From: Pseudomonadales bacterium
GTDB taxonomy: Bacteria; Pseudomonadota; Gammaproteobacteria; Pseudomonadales; Pseudohongiellaceae
Direction of reading: 5' to 3'
Assembly (NCBI GenBank): GCA_032251455.1
Contig: JAVVEG010000013.1
Location: forward strand, 24,532-88,531
Length of the DNA stretch: 64,000 bases
Below the pieces are notes generated by a model, which worked only from the letters and a program-made list of their open reading frames with translations, ran no database searches and was not told the origin of the DNA. Each line of letters opens with the position of its first letter. Position 1 is the stretch's first letter. The translations under genes were made by a program, and so were the position numbers. Below, piece by piece: positions 30,781-39,412 of this stretch.

Positions 30781-32739
30781 ATGAGCTTTGGAGACGACGA
30801 AGAAATTTTACAGGATTTTCTGGTCGAGGCAGCGGAGATACTGGAGCAGTTATCCGAGCAGCTGGTATTGCTGGAACGCCAGCCTGATGATGCCGCCTTG
30901 CTGAATGCCATCTTTCGTGGGTTTCATACCGTCAAGGGCGGAGCCGGGTTTTTGCAACTGACTCCGCTTGTCGACTGTTGCCATGTCACTGAAAACCTTT
31001 TCGACAAATTACGCAATGGTGAACTGCAGGTCAATTCCGAGCTGATGGATATCGTGCTGCAGGTGCTGGATGTGGTCAACGCCATGTTTGAGCAGCTTAG
31101 GGGGCAGGAAGCAATCACTCCCGCTGATCCCGCCCTGCTGGAATTACTGCAGCAGTTGGTTGCCGGGGAAACACTGGCAAGGGAGAGTGTCGATACACCA
31201 GTTATGGCTGAACCAGCGTCAACTCAGGAGATGGCCACTGGCGATGAAATCACAGAGGCCGAATTTGAGGCTTTGCTGGATAGTCTGCAGGCCGATGATG
31301 ATAAAGCGTCCACTGTGGCTGCTGAAATGACAACTTCCCCCGAGATTAAATCTACGGCGGAAATTCCACAGGAAGCCAGCGATTCAACGAAAAACGCACA
31401 GGCCGGCGATGATGAGATAAGTGATGATGAGTTCGAGGCATTGCTGGACACCCTGCATGGCCCGGGTGCACACAAGGGCTTGCCCGAGCAGGCAGAGAAA
31501 CAGCGTGTCAAGCCTGCCCCGGTTGTTTCTCAACCACCCCAGGAAATGGCAGTTAACAAAGAGAATCAATCTGTCGGAGAGGCAACTGTTCGGGTCGATA
31601 CCAAGCGCCTTGATGAAATCATGAATATGGTGGGTGAGCTGGTACTGGTTAGGAACCGCCTGGTAAGAATTGGTTTGGACGCAAATGATGAAGTTCTTTC
31701 CAAGGCCCTTGCCAACCTGGATCTGGTCACGGCCGATCTGCAGACCTCGGTAATGAAAACCCGTATGCAGCCGATCAAAAAAGTATTCGGGCGTTTCCCA
31801 CGTGTAGTAAGAGATCTGGCACGTAATCTTGGCAAGGAAGTGACTCTGGAGTTGCATGGCGAGGAGACAGATCTGGACAAGAACCTGGTCGAGGCTCTGG
31901 CCGACCCGCTGGTCCACCTGGTCCGCAATGCGGTCGATCACGGTATAGAGCTGCCGGATGCAAGAGAGCGCAACGGCAAGTCCCGCCAGGGTTCGATTCT
32001 GCTGGCTGCGGAACAGGAAGGTGATCATATTCTGTTGTCGATTGCCGATGACGGCAATGGTATGGATCCAGATGTGTTGAGGAACAAGGCCGTACAGAAA
32101 GGGATTCTGGATCGGGATGCAGCCGACAGGCTCAGCGCAGCTGAATGTTTTGATTTGATTTTTGCTCCCGGGTTTTCCACCAAAACCGAAGTCTCTGATG
32201 TGTCCGGCCGGGGCGTCGGAATGGATGTGGTAAAAACCAGAATCGCGCAGCTGAATGGCGCGATCAGTATCGATTCGAAAGCCGGGCGTGGTACCCGCAT
32301 CGAAATCAAGGTGCCCCTGACCTTGGCGATCATGCCTACCCTTATGGTGATGATTGGAGATCAGACTTTTGCCCTGCCGCTGGCCAGTGTCAATGAAATT
32401 TTTGATCTGGATATGCAGCGTACCAATGTGGTTGATGGGCAACAGGTGGTCACGGTCCGCGACAAGGCTTTACCCTTGTACCATTTGCGCCGCTGGCTGG
32501 TCGATGCATCGTATCGTGCAGAAAGCGACTGCACAGCCAATGTGGTCATCGTATCGATAGGAACACAACGCATAGGTTTTGTTGTTGATCATCTGGTCGG
32601 GCAGGAAGAGGTGGTCATCAAACCTTTGGGGAGAATGTTACATGGCACTCCTGGCATGGCAGGAGCAACCATAACCGGAGATGGGCGCATTGCCATCATT
32701 CTGGATATTCCGGGATTGCTCAAGCGTTATGCAGGATAA
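30781..32739 (+). CDS. cheA: Chemotaxis histidine kinase CheA
   Basis: HPt FRGFHTVKGGAGF, dimerisation plus HATPase domains (DHGIE, DDGNGMD, GRGVGMDVV) and a C-terminal CheW-like P5. Confidence 0.95.
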   Translation: MSFGDDEEILQDFLVEAAEILEQLSEQLVLLERQPDDAALLNAIFRGFHTVKGGAGFLQLTPLVDCCHVTENLFDKLRNGELQVNSELMDIVLQVLDVVNAMFEQLRGQEAITPADPALLELLQQLVAGETLARESVDTPVMAEPASTQEMATGDEITEAEFEALLDSLQADDDKASTVAAEMTTSPEIKSTAEIPQEASDSTKNAQAGDDEISDDEFEALLDTLHGPGAHKGLPEQAEKQRVKPAPVVSQPPQEMAVNKENQSVGEATVRVDTKRLDEIMNMVGELVLVRNRLVRIGLDANDEVLSKALANLDLVTADLQTSVMKTRMQPIKKVFGRFPRVVRDLARNLGKEVTLELHGEETDLDKNLVEALADPLVHLVRNAVDHGIELPDARERNGKSRQGSILLAAEQEGDHILLSIADDGNGMDPDVLRNKAVQKGILDRDAADRLSAAECFDLIFAPGFSTKTEVSDVSGRGVGMDVVKTRIAQLNGAISIDSKAGRGTRIEIKVPLTLAIMPTLMVMIGDQTFALPLASVNEIFDLDMQRTNVVDGQQVVTVRDKALPLYHLRRWLVDASYRAESDCTANVVIVSIGTQRIGFVVDHLVGQEEVVIKPLGRMLHGTPGMAGATITGDGRIAIILDIPGLLKRYAG

Positions 32740-32745
32740 TCGCCA

Positions 32746-33801
32746 ATGACAATAAGGGTGTTGGTTGTCGATGACTCGGGATTTTTCAGGAGACGTTTGT
32801 GTGAGCTTATTGCAAGCCACCCATTGCTGGAGGTTGCAGGGTCAGCGACAAATGGTCAGGAAGCCATAAGCAAGGCTGAAAGCCTGAAGCCGGATGTCAT
32901 TACCATGGATTACGAAATGCCGGTAATGGATGGAATTACGGCGGTTCGGGAGATAACCCGCACATTGGCCATTCCGGTGTTGATGTTTTCTTCGCTGACC
33001 TATGAGGGAGCGCGAGTCACCCTGGATGCTCTTGAGGCGGGTGCGATTGATTACCTGCCTAAAAATTTCGAAGAAATTTCGCGCAATCCGGATGAGACCC
33101 GCAAGCTGCTTTGCGAAAGAATTATCCTGGTATCCAGAAGCCGGCCGAACAGGAATCGACCATCGATCGCGGCCACGACAGCCAAGGCCATGCCGCCAGA
33201 CAGGGCAGTTGCGGACTCGAAGAGGCGCCATTCAGCGGCTTCATTGGTCGTCATAGGGGCTTCAACGGGGGGGCCGATGGCTTTGCAGCAGGTTCTGGTC
33301 AATCTGCCAGCCAATTTTCCTGTTCCTGTATTGCTGGTTCAGCATATGCCTGGCAGTTTTACCAAGGCGTTCGCCGAACGCCTCAACCGCCTCTGTCGGG
33401 TAAGCGTGGCAGAGGCCGAGGATGGCCAGACCCTGCAGGCAGGCAAAGTGTTATTGGCGCCAGGTGGCATGCAGATGGTACTGGATGGAAGAAGGCAGGG
33501 GACGGTAAAGGTTATCAGTGGAGATGAAAGATTGAATTACCGCCCATCTCTGGATTTGACCTTTGGTTCTGCTGCCAGGGAGTATGGTTCCCGGGTTTTG
33601 GGTATCGTGTTGACCGGGATGGGGGCCGATGGCAAGGAAGGCGCCAGAATGTTGAAGGAGCAGGGAGCAAAAATCTGGGCCCAGGATGAACAAAGTTGTG
33701 TGATTTATGGTATGCCGATGGCTGTGATGCGAGCTGGCCTGGTAGATGAGCAGCTTGACTTGGCAGAAATCGGTCAACGGTTGTGCGAAGAGTTTAATTG
33801 A
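32746..33801 (+). CDS. cheB: Chemotaxis methylesterase/deamidase CheB
   Basis: REC domain plus a methylesterase domain (IGASTGGP, LVQHMP, GMGADG). Confidence 0.95.
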   Translation: MTIRVLVVDDSGFFRRRLCELIASHPLLEVAGSATNGQEAISKAESLKPDVITMDYEMPVMDGITAVREITRTLAIPVLMFSSLTYEGARVTLDALEAGAIDYLPKNFEEISRNPDETRKLLCERIILVSRSRPNRNRPSIAATTAKAMPPDRAVADSKRRHSAASLVVIGASTGGPMALQQVLVNLPANFPVPVLLVQHMPGSFTKAFAERLNRLCRVSVAEAEDGQTLQAGKVLLAPGGMQMVLDGRRQGTVKVISGDERLNYRPSLDLTFGSAAREYGSRVLGIVLTGMGADGKEGARMLKEQGAKIWAQDEQSCVIYGMPMAVMRAGLVDEQLDLAEIGQRLCEEFN

Positions 33802-33802
33802 T

Positions 33803-34561
33803 ATGCGTGTCTGGTCGGTGGCCAATCAAAAAGGGGGCGTCGGGAAAACCACGACGGTTGTGGCCCTGGGCAGTCTGCTGGCGGCCAGTGGCAAACGTGT
33901 GTTGATGCTTGATCTTGATCCTCAGGGTTCCTTGAGCAGTTATTTCCGTCTGCAACCGGACACTCTCAAGCGCAGCAGCTATGAGCTTTTTGTCAACAAT
34001 GGACTTTCTGCCAGTTCGGTGGCCGAGCTGGTTTTGCCCATGACGGACAGGAATCTGTCCTTGTTGCCAGCCAGTACCAGTCTGGCCACCCTGGAGCGTT
34101 CGCTGCCTGGCAAGGACGGTATGGGGCTTGCCGTGGCCAAGGGCTTGAGCCTGCTCTGGGATGACTATGACCATGTGCTTATCGATACGCCGCCGACCCT
34201 GGGCGTGTTGCTGATCAATGCCCTGGCAGCCTGTGAAAAATTATTGATTCCGGTGCAGACAGAGTTCCTGGCTCTGAAAGGGCTGGAAAGAATGATGAAT
34301 ACCTTGCAGATGGTGATGCGGTCTCAGCAAAAAAACCTGTCGTACCTGATCATCCCTACCTTGTTTGATCGCAGGACTCAGGCCGGGGTCAACAGTCTGC
34401 GCAGCCTGCGCAGTTCTTACCCCGATTCAATCTGGCAGGCAGTGATTCCGGTTGATACGCGTTTGCGGGATGCCAGTGCCAAAGGTGTCACTCCGGTAAG
34501 TCTGGACCCTGACAGTCGTGGCTTGAAGGCATACCGGGCCTTGTTGAAGGCTGTGATGTGA
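33803..34561 (+). CDS. ParA/MinD-family ATPase of the chemotaxis cluster (Vibrio ParC-like / Pseudomonas PA1462-like)
   Basis: MRVWSVANQKGGVGKTTT Walker A; position directly after cheB. ATG 33803 follows the cheB stop, whereas the tracked 33746 start overlaps cheB. Confidence 0.8.
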   Translation: MRVWSVANQKGGVGKTTTVVALGSLLAASGKRVLMLDLDPQGSLSSYFRLQPDTLKRSSYELFVNNGLSASSVAELVLPMTDRNLSLLPASTSLATLERSLPGKDGMGLAVAKGLSLLWDDYDHVLIDTPPTLGVLLINALAACEKLLIPVQTEFLALKGLERMMNTLQMVMRSQQKNLSYLIIPTLFDRRTQAGVNSLRSLRSSYPDSIWQAVIPVDTRLRDASAKGVTPVSLDPDSRGLKAYRALLKAVM

Positions 34562-34573
34562 GGGGATCAGGGC

Positions 34574-35260
34574 ATGACTGAAAGTAAGCAACAGTTTGCT
34601 CCAGCCCTCAAGGCAAACCTGAATCCTCTGGTCCAGACCTATCTGGATGCGCTGTTGCATACGGCAACCGCAGCAGAAAGTACGCAACAGGATAAACCGG
34701 CAGACTGTTCCACAGTCTCGCCAATAATCACCCAGCCCAATATGAAGGGGAAGCAGAAGAAGCTTGTCGGCAGCCCAGTGCCGGGCCGACGTCCTGATTG
34801 GGCCCAGTCTCCTTTTTCCTGCCTGTTGTTTGAAGTGGGGGGGCTTAGAATTGCCGCCCCCTTGATTGATCTGGGGGGGATTACTGTCTTGTCGGAGATA
34901 ACGCCGATTTTTGCCCAGCCCGATTGGTTTATGGGGATTCTGCGCTGGAATGAACGCAGTATCAAGGTGATCGATACTGCCAGTCTGATCATGCCCAAAC
35001 AGCGCAATGACAGTGATGAAACACACTATGAGTGTGTGCTGATGCTGGAAGGAACTGACTGGGGCTTGGCCATAGACAAGGCAACTGAATCCTTGACGAT
35101 TGCCCCGGAAGCAGTTCGTTGGCGCAGCAATCCAGCCTCCCGTCCCTGGTTGCTGGGCACGGTGGCTGATCAGATGTGCGCTTTGCTGGATGTCAGGGCA
35201 ATCATCGGCAGCCAGTTTGTACAAAACGCATCAATCCCAGGGTCTGCCCCCTCAGTCTGA
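34574..35260 (+). CDS. CheW-domain protein (Vibrio ParP-like partner of the ParA-like ATPase)
   Basis: The C-terminal ~140 aa resemble a CheW-like domain (LLFEVGGLRIAAPLIDLGGI ... WLLGTVADQMCALLDVRAII). Conserved position. Confidence 0.7.
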   Translation: MTESKQQFAPALKANLNPLVQTYLDALLHTATAAESTQQDKPADCSTVSPIITQPNMKGKQKKLVGSPVPGRRPDWAQSPFSCLLFEVGGLRIAAPLIDLGGITVLSEITPIFAQPDWFMGILRWNERSIKVIDTASLIMPKQRNDSDETHYECVLMLEGTDWGLAIDKATESLTIAPEAVRWRSNPASRPWLLGTVADQMCALLDVRAIIGSQFVQNASIPGSAPSV

Positions 35261-35276
35261 TGGGTTTGATGGATAC

Positions 35277-35292
35277 TGGCACGGATAGTGCT
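35277..35292 (+). promoter_or_regulatory. sigma54-like -24/-12 match upstream of cheW (TGGCACggataGTGCT)
   Basis: Perfect -24 hexamer and exact spacing; the -12 reads GTGC rather than TTGC. It lies 17 nt after the preceding stop and 81 nt before the cheW ATG. Confidence 0.4.
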
Positions 35293-35372
35293 TTCTTATT
35301 GGCAGGTCGGGGTAAATCAGGTCAGATTCAAGCCCCAGGTGATGAATTTTTGACAGTTGGCGAGGATGAACA

Positions 35373-35852
35373 ATGGGTGAAGCAATCACAAGCAACTCGA
35401 ATGACAGCATGCTGCAATGGGTAACCTTCCAACTGAACAATGAAACCTATGGTGTCAATGTTATGGCAGTCAAGGAAGTGCTGCGGTTTGATTCCGTAGC
35501 CCCTGTGCCTGGCGCACCGGATTATGTCATGGGTATCATCAATATCAGGGGAACGGTGATTTCGGTTATCGATGCACGTAACCGATTCAATTTGCCGCAG
35601 GTACCTCAGGATGAAAATACCCGCATAGTGATCCTTGAAATAAATCGTTATGTCATCGGCATGGTCGTGGACAGTGTCGCCGAGGTGGTTTATCTGCGTC
35701 AGTCAGAGATAGAAAGCCCGCCCAACACTGGCCAGGATGAGTCGGCCCGTTTCATTCAGGGGGTAAGCAACAAGAATGGACAACTGTTGATACTTGTGGA
35801 TATGAATAGCCTGCTCAGTGAAGAAGAGTTGTCTGAGCTGGATCAATACTGA
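35373..35852 (+). CDS. cheW: Chemotaxis coupling protein CheW
   Basis: Typical CheW (WVTFQLNNETYGVNVMAVKEVLR..., GIINIRGTVISVIDAR...). Confidence 0.95.
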   Translation: MGEAITSNSNDSMLQWVTFQLNNETYGVNVMAVKEVLRFDSVAPVPGAPDYVMGIINIRGTVISVIDARNRFNLPQVPQDENTRIVILEINRYVIGMVVDSVAEVVYLRQSEIESPPNTGQDESARFIQGVSNKNGQLLILVDMNSLLSEEELSELDQY

Positions 35853-35918
35853 TTTCAACAGCCGGCAGCTTCATCCGGGTAGATGAAGCAAGCTTGCTGT
35901 GCACAGGAGTACCTGAAG

Positions 35919-36326
35919 ATGTCAATGAATCTGCTATTGCCAGTATTAGTCGTGCTCAGTCTGTTGCCGGCCTCAATGGCTCTGTTTTATGCCCGTCGCT
36001 GCTGGCTGCAGACAAGGCGCTTGGAGACTGAATTGCGCAATAGCAATGAACGCCTCGAGAAATCGATAAAGATGATGCTGTTCATGCAGAAATGCCTGCG
36101 CAGCCTGCAACAGCAGACAGTGGAGGCAGGACGCAAGCTCAGGCAGACCAGCAGCCGGCAACAGGAGCTCGAAACCCGTGATTTCAACAATGTTGCCTAT
36201 CTTCATGCCAGTAAACTGGTCAGGATGGGAGCGGACTCCGAGGAATTGATCAACAACTGCGGTCTGTCTCCAGCTGAAGCCCGGCTTCTGGCCATGATGC
36301 ATGAGGGTCAGAAAGGCAGGGCTTGA
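35919..36326 (+). CDS. Small single-TM coiled-coil protein of the che cluster (DUF2802-like)
   Basis: N-terminal TM, a coiled-coil middle, a C-terminal motif (LI..CGLSPAEARLLAMMH) and the conserved position after cheW in Vibrio/Pseudomonas clusters. The family assignment is from memory. Start 35919 (AGGAG 9 nt upstream) or 35883. Confidence 0.65.
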   Translation: MSMNLLLPVLVVLSLLPASMALFYARRCWLQTRRLETELRNSNERLEKSIKMMLFMQKCLRSLQQQTVEAGRKLRQTSSRQQELETRDFNNVAYLHASKLVRMGADSEELINNCGLSPAEARLLAMMHEGQKGRA

Positions 36327-36422
36327 TTCTCCAATCCTCGCTGCAGTCTGGCTTTCCGCATTTGCTGCGGTTTCTCAGGTATAATCTGCCGGCTTTGATC
36401 ATTCGTTGCCGGAAACCACTTT

Positions 36423-37106
36423 ATGCGTACACCCAGCACCACACAATCCAGGTCTGCACCTGAGACCGGAGTCCTGCGTGCGCAGCAACTTTATTGTGAG
36501 CGTGATGACCGTGTACTGTTTGCCGGCCTGGATTTTGCCCTGCAGCCGGGGGAATTGCTGCAAGTCAAAGGCAGTAACGGCAGTGGCAAAACCACGCTGT
36601 TGCGAATTATCTGTGGTCTCAACGATAACTTTGAAGGCGCTCTTTTCTGGCAGCAGCAGCCGCTGCCGGAAGTGCGGGAAGAATTTCTGGCCTCATTGCT
36701 TTACATAGGCCACAAGGTCGGCGTCAACAAGGTCTTGAGTCCACGCGAAAATCTGCGCTGGAGTACAAGCCTGCAGGCCGGTACGCGCACTCTTGGCATC
36801 GAGGAGGCGCTGGCACTGACAGGCCTGGCCGGTTATGAAGATGTGCCTTGTCATAATCTGTCTGCAGGCCAACAACAGCGGGTTTCCCTGGCTCGACTGC
36901 ATCTCAGCCAGGCCTGTCTGTGGGTTCTGGATGAGCCATTTACCACGCTTGATGTCCATGGTGTCGCTGCGCTGGAGGCATTGCTGGATGAACATGTCAG
37001 GGCGGGCGGTATGGCTCTGGTCACGACGCATCACCGCCTTCAGCTTGCCTGTTCGATACGTGAACTGAACCTGGATACAGCCAGCACTCAGGGAGAAGTG
37101 GTATGA
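36423..37106 (+). CDS. ccmA: Heme exporter ATP-binding protein CcmA
   Basis: Walker A GSNGSGKTTLL, signature LSAGQQQR, Walker B LWVLDEP. Confidence 0.9.
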   Translation: MRTPSTTQSRSAPETGVLRAQQLYCERDDRVLFAGLDFALQPGELLQVKGSNGSGKTTLLRIICGLNDNFEGALFWQQQPLPEVREEFLASLLYIGHKVGVNKVLSPRENLRWSTSLQAGTRTLGIEEALALTGLAGYEDVPCHNLSAGQQQRVSLARLHLSQACLWVLDEPFTTLDVHGVAALEALLDEHVRAGGMALVTTHHRLQLACSIRELNLDTASTQGEVV

Positions 37107-37807
37107 GGTCCGGAGCAGGGCAGGCGCCGCCAGTCAGTACCTTGAATGCCTTTCGTGCAACCTTGAAGCGAGACCTGTTGATTGCGCTCAAGCGTCGCAA
37201 TGATATGTTGAATCCGATCATGTTCTTTCTGATTGTGGTGGCTCTTTTTCCATTGGGCATTTCACCGGATCCCCAGGTGTTGTCACCCATTTCAGCTGGA
37301 GCAGTGTGGGTTTCAGCGCTGCTCGCCTCGATGCTTTCCCTGGACAACCTGTATCGTGCCGATTATGAGGATGGTTCGCTGGAGCAGTTGCTGCTTTGCT
37401 CCCAGCCACTTTATTTTCTGGTGCTGGCCAAGAATCTGGCCCACTGGCTGGTCAGCGGCCTGCCGGTCGTGCTGATTTCACCGATTCTGGCCTATATGCT
37501 TTATCTGCCGGCAGAAGCCTATCCTGTGCTGATGCTCAGTCTGTTGTTGGGCACCCCGATTCTGAGTCTGTTCGGTTCAATTGGCGTTGCACTGACCGTT
37601 GGGCTGGGCAGCCGGGGATTGATCCTGGCGGTCATTGTTTTGCCGCTGAGTACCCCGGTGCTTATAATTGGCGCCAAGGCCGTGACTGATGCCATGCTGG
37701 GGCTGCCGGTCGGTTCTCATCTGGCCATGCTGGGGGCGGTGCTGGCACTTTCCTTGAGTCTGGCACCAATGGCCTCTGCTGCGGCGCTCAAGATCAGTGT
37801 GCAGTGA
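37103..37807 (+). CDS. ccmB: Heme exporter membrane protein CcmB
   Basis: Polytopic membrane protein with ATGA overlap to ccmA and a CcmB-like sequence (FRATLKRDLLIALKRRND...). Confidence 0.9.
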   Translation: MRSGAGQAPPVSTLNAFRATLKRDLLIALKRRNDMLNPIMFFLIVVALFPLGISPDPQVLSPISAGAVWVSALLASMLSLDNLYRADYEDGSLEQLLLCSQPLYFLVLAKNLAHWLVSGLPVVLISPILAYMLYLPAEAYPVLMLSLLLGTPILSLFGSIGVALTVGLGSRGLILAVIVLPLSTPVLIIGAKAVTDAMLGLPVGSHLAMLGAVLALSLSLAPMASAAALKISVQ

Positions 37808-37963
37808 CGGGTGAAGGCTGAATGGTGACCGACAAGCACGACAACAAGTCGGTTTGATTCGCTTGACAGGTAAAGAAAGAGTTACAATCCGTAACAGGGA
37901 TGATCGGTCGGCCTGTGCTATATTCAAGACGTTTTTTTGCTGATTCATCAATGAGAAAGAGCT

Positions 37964-38710
37964 ATGTGGCTTTGGTTTTCCAAATTGGGTTCACCCCGCT
38001 GGTTTTATGAGCTGTCCAGCAAGTGGTTACCGTGGTTGATCGTCATCATGACTATACTGATGGTGACCGGTATAGTCTGGGCCTTGCTGTTTGTGCCGGA
38101 AGATTACCAGCAGGGACATACCATTCGCATCATGTATATCCATGTCCCCATTGCGGCCATCTCCCTGAGCCTGTTTCCGCTGATGGCTGTGGCCGGGGCC
38201 ATTACCCTGGTGTGGAAAATGAAGCTTGCCGATATGGTGGCCAAGGCCTGTGCGCCCATCGGCCTCTGGTTTACCGGCCTGGCACTGGCTTCGGGTGCCA
38301 TTTGGGGAGATCTGATCTGGGGCACCTGGTGGGCCTGGGATGCCCGGTTGACCTCGTTGTTGATCCAGTTTTTCCTCTTTGTCGGCGTGGTTGCCCTGCG
38401 CTCCGCCATAGAAAGTCCAGATGCGGCCGCCAGGGCCTGTGCCATCTTGTCGATCGTGGGCGCAATCAATGTCCCCATCATCAAATATTCAGTAAACTGG
38501 TGGAACACCCTGCATCAACCAGCCAGCAGTTTCTCTACCGACCCGGTGTCACCCAATCCACCGGAAATCTGGGTCCCGCTGTTCATCATGTTTTTTGCTG
38601 TGTATCTGTTCATGGTCATCACCCTGATCCTGCGTACCCGGGTTGAAATACTGCAGCGTGAAAGACGATCACAATGGGTGATGGATCTGGTGGCCGGATC
38701 AGGCTCTTAG
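37964..38710 (+). CDS. ccmC: Heme exporter/chaperone membrane protein CcmC
   Basis: WWAWDARLTS matches the WGxxWxWD tryptophan-rich heme-handling motif; conserved His residues. Confidence 0.95.
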   Translation: MWLWFSKLGSPRWFYELSSKWLPWLIVIMTILMVTGIVWALLFVPEDYQQGHTIRIMYIHVPIAAISLSLFPLMAVAGAITLVWKMKLADMVAKACAPIGLWFTGLALASGAIWGDLIWGTWWAWDARLTSLLIQFFLFVGVVALRSAIESPDAAARACAILSIVGAINVPIIKYSVNWWNTLHQPASSFSTDPVSPNPPEIWVPLFIMFFAVYLFMVITLILRTRVEILQRERRSQWVMDLVAGSGS

Positions 38711-38729
38711 TGGAATGAAGGAGAAAGCG

Positions 38730-38954
38730 ATGAGTGGTATCCAGTTTTCAAGTCTTGGTGAATTCCTGCTGATGGGGAAATATACTTTCCATGTCTGGTC
38801 GGTTTATTTCCTGTTTGCAGTCCTGGTGGCAGCCAACCTGATTACCCCATTGCGGCAGAAAAAAATCTTCATCGCCGAGCAGAAACGCAGGGCAAGACGA
38901 GACCAGACTATTGCAGGTGCCACAGGTGCCGAGCAGGCAGGAGTAAAGTCATGA
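38730..38954 (+). CDS. ccmD: Heme exporter protein CcmD
   Basis: Small single-TM protein (FSSLGEFLLMGKYTFHVWSVYF). ATG 38730 has AAGGAG 6 nt upstream. Confidence 0.8.
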   Translation: MSGIQFSSLGEFLLMGKYTFHVWSVYFLFAVLVAANLITPLRQKKIFIAEQKRRARRDQTIAGATGAEQAGVKS

Positions 38955-39412
38955 AGCCACATCGTCGGAAAAAGCTGAGTATCATTGTCTTCATCGCCTC
39001 AGGACTGGCAATTGCCATTGGTCTGTCCCTGTATGCGCTGAGCAATAACATCGACCTGTTTTTCACCCCCACCCAGGTTTATGCAGGGGAGGTTACTCCC
39101 GGCCAGCGTATTCGCATAGGGGGCATGGTCAAGGAGGGCTCTGTCAACCAGGATGAAGATTCCCTGGCAGTCAGTTTTATTGCCACTGACTACAACAACG
39201 ATCTTCGGGTTCATTATGAAGGGATACTTCCCGATCTGTTTCGTGAAGGGCAGGGGGTAGTGGCCGAAGGCATGCTCAGTCCGCAGGGAGTGTTTACCGC
39301 ATCCCGGGTATTGGCCAAACATGACGAAAATTACATGTCGGTGGAAGTGAAGGCTGCACTGGATGCGGCGGCAAGGGATACTGCCGCGCCAGCAGCAAGA
39401 GAGGGTTATTGA
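38951..39412 (+). CDS. ccmE: Heme chaperone CcmE
   Basis: N-terminal anchor, OB-fold sequence and the heme-binding LAKHDENY motif. Confidence 0.95.
   Translation: MKPHRRKKLSIIVFIASGLAIAIGLSLYALSNNIDLFFTPTQVYAGEVTPGQRIRIGGMVKEGSVNQDEDSLAVSFIATDYNNDLRVHYEGILPDLFREGQGVVAEGMLSPQGVFTASRVLAKHDENYMSVEVKAALDAAARDTAAPAAREGY

Noticed and set aside
33803-36326. The ParA-like / CheW-like / cheW / small TM protein module considered as a possible novel system.
   Set aside because: This matches the known Vibrio ParC-ParP chemotaxis-array positioning module and the conserved DUF2802-type gene that follows cheW in Vibrio and Pseudomonas clusters. It is conserved biology, not new. The specific family names come from memory and should be confirmed by profile search.
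37863-37888. TTGACA ... TACAAT in the 156-bp ccmB-ccmC spacer as an internal sigma70 promoter.
   Set aside because: The spacer between the hexamers is only 14 bp, outside the functional 16-18 bp range. Read-through from ccmAB is the simpler explanation.
38023-38646. A 207-aa ORF in an alternative plus-strand frame completely inside ccmC.
   Set aside because: It is a Gly/Arg/His/Pro-rich translation with no motifs, whereas the ccmC frame carries the WWAWD heme-handling motif. It is a frame artefact.
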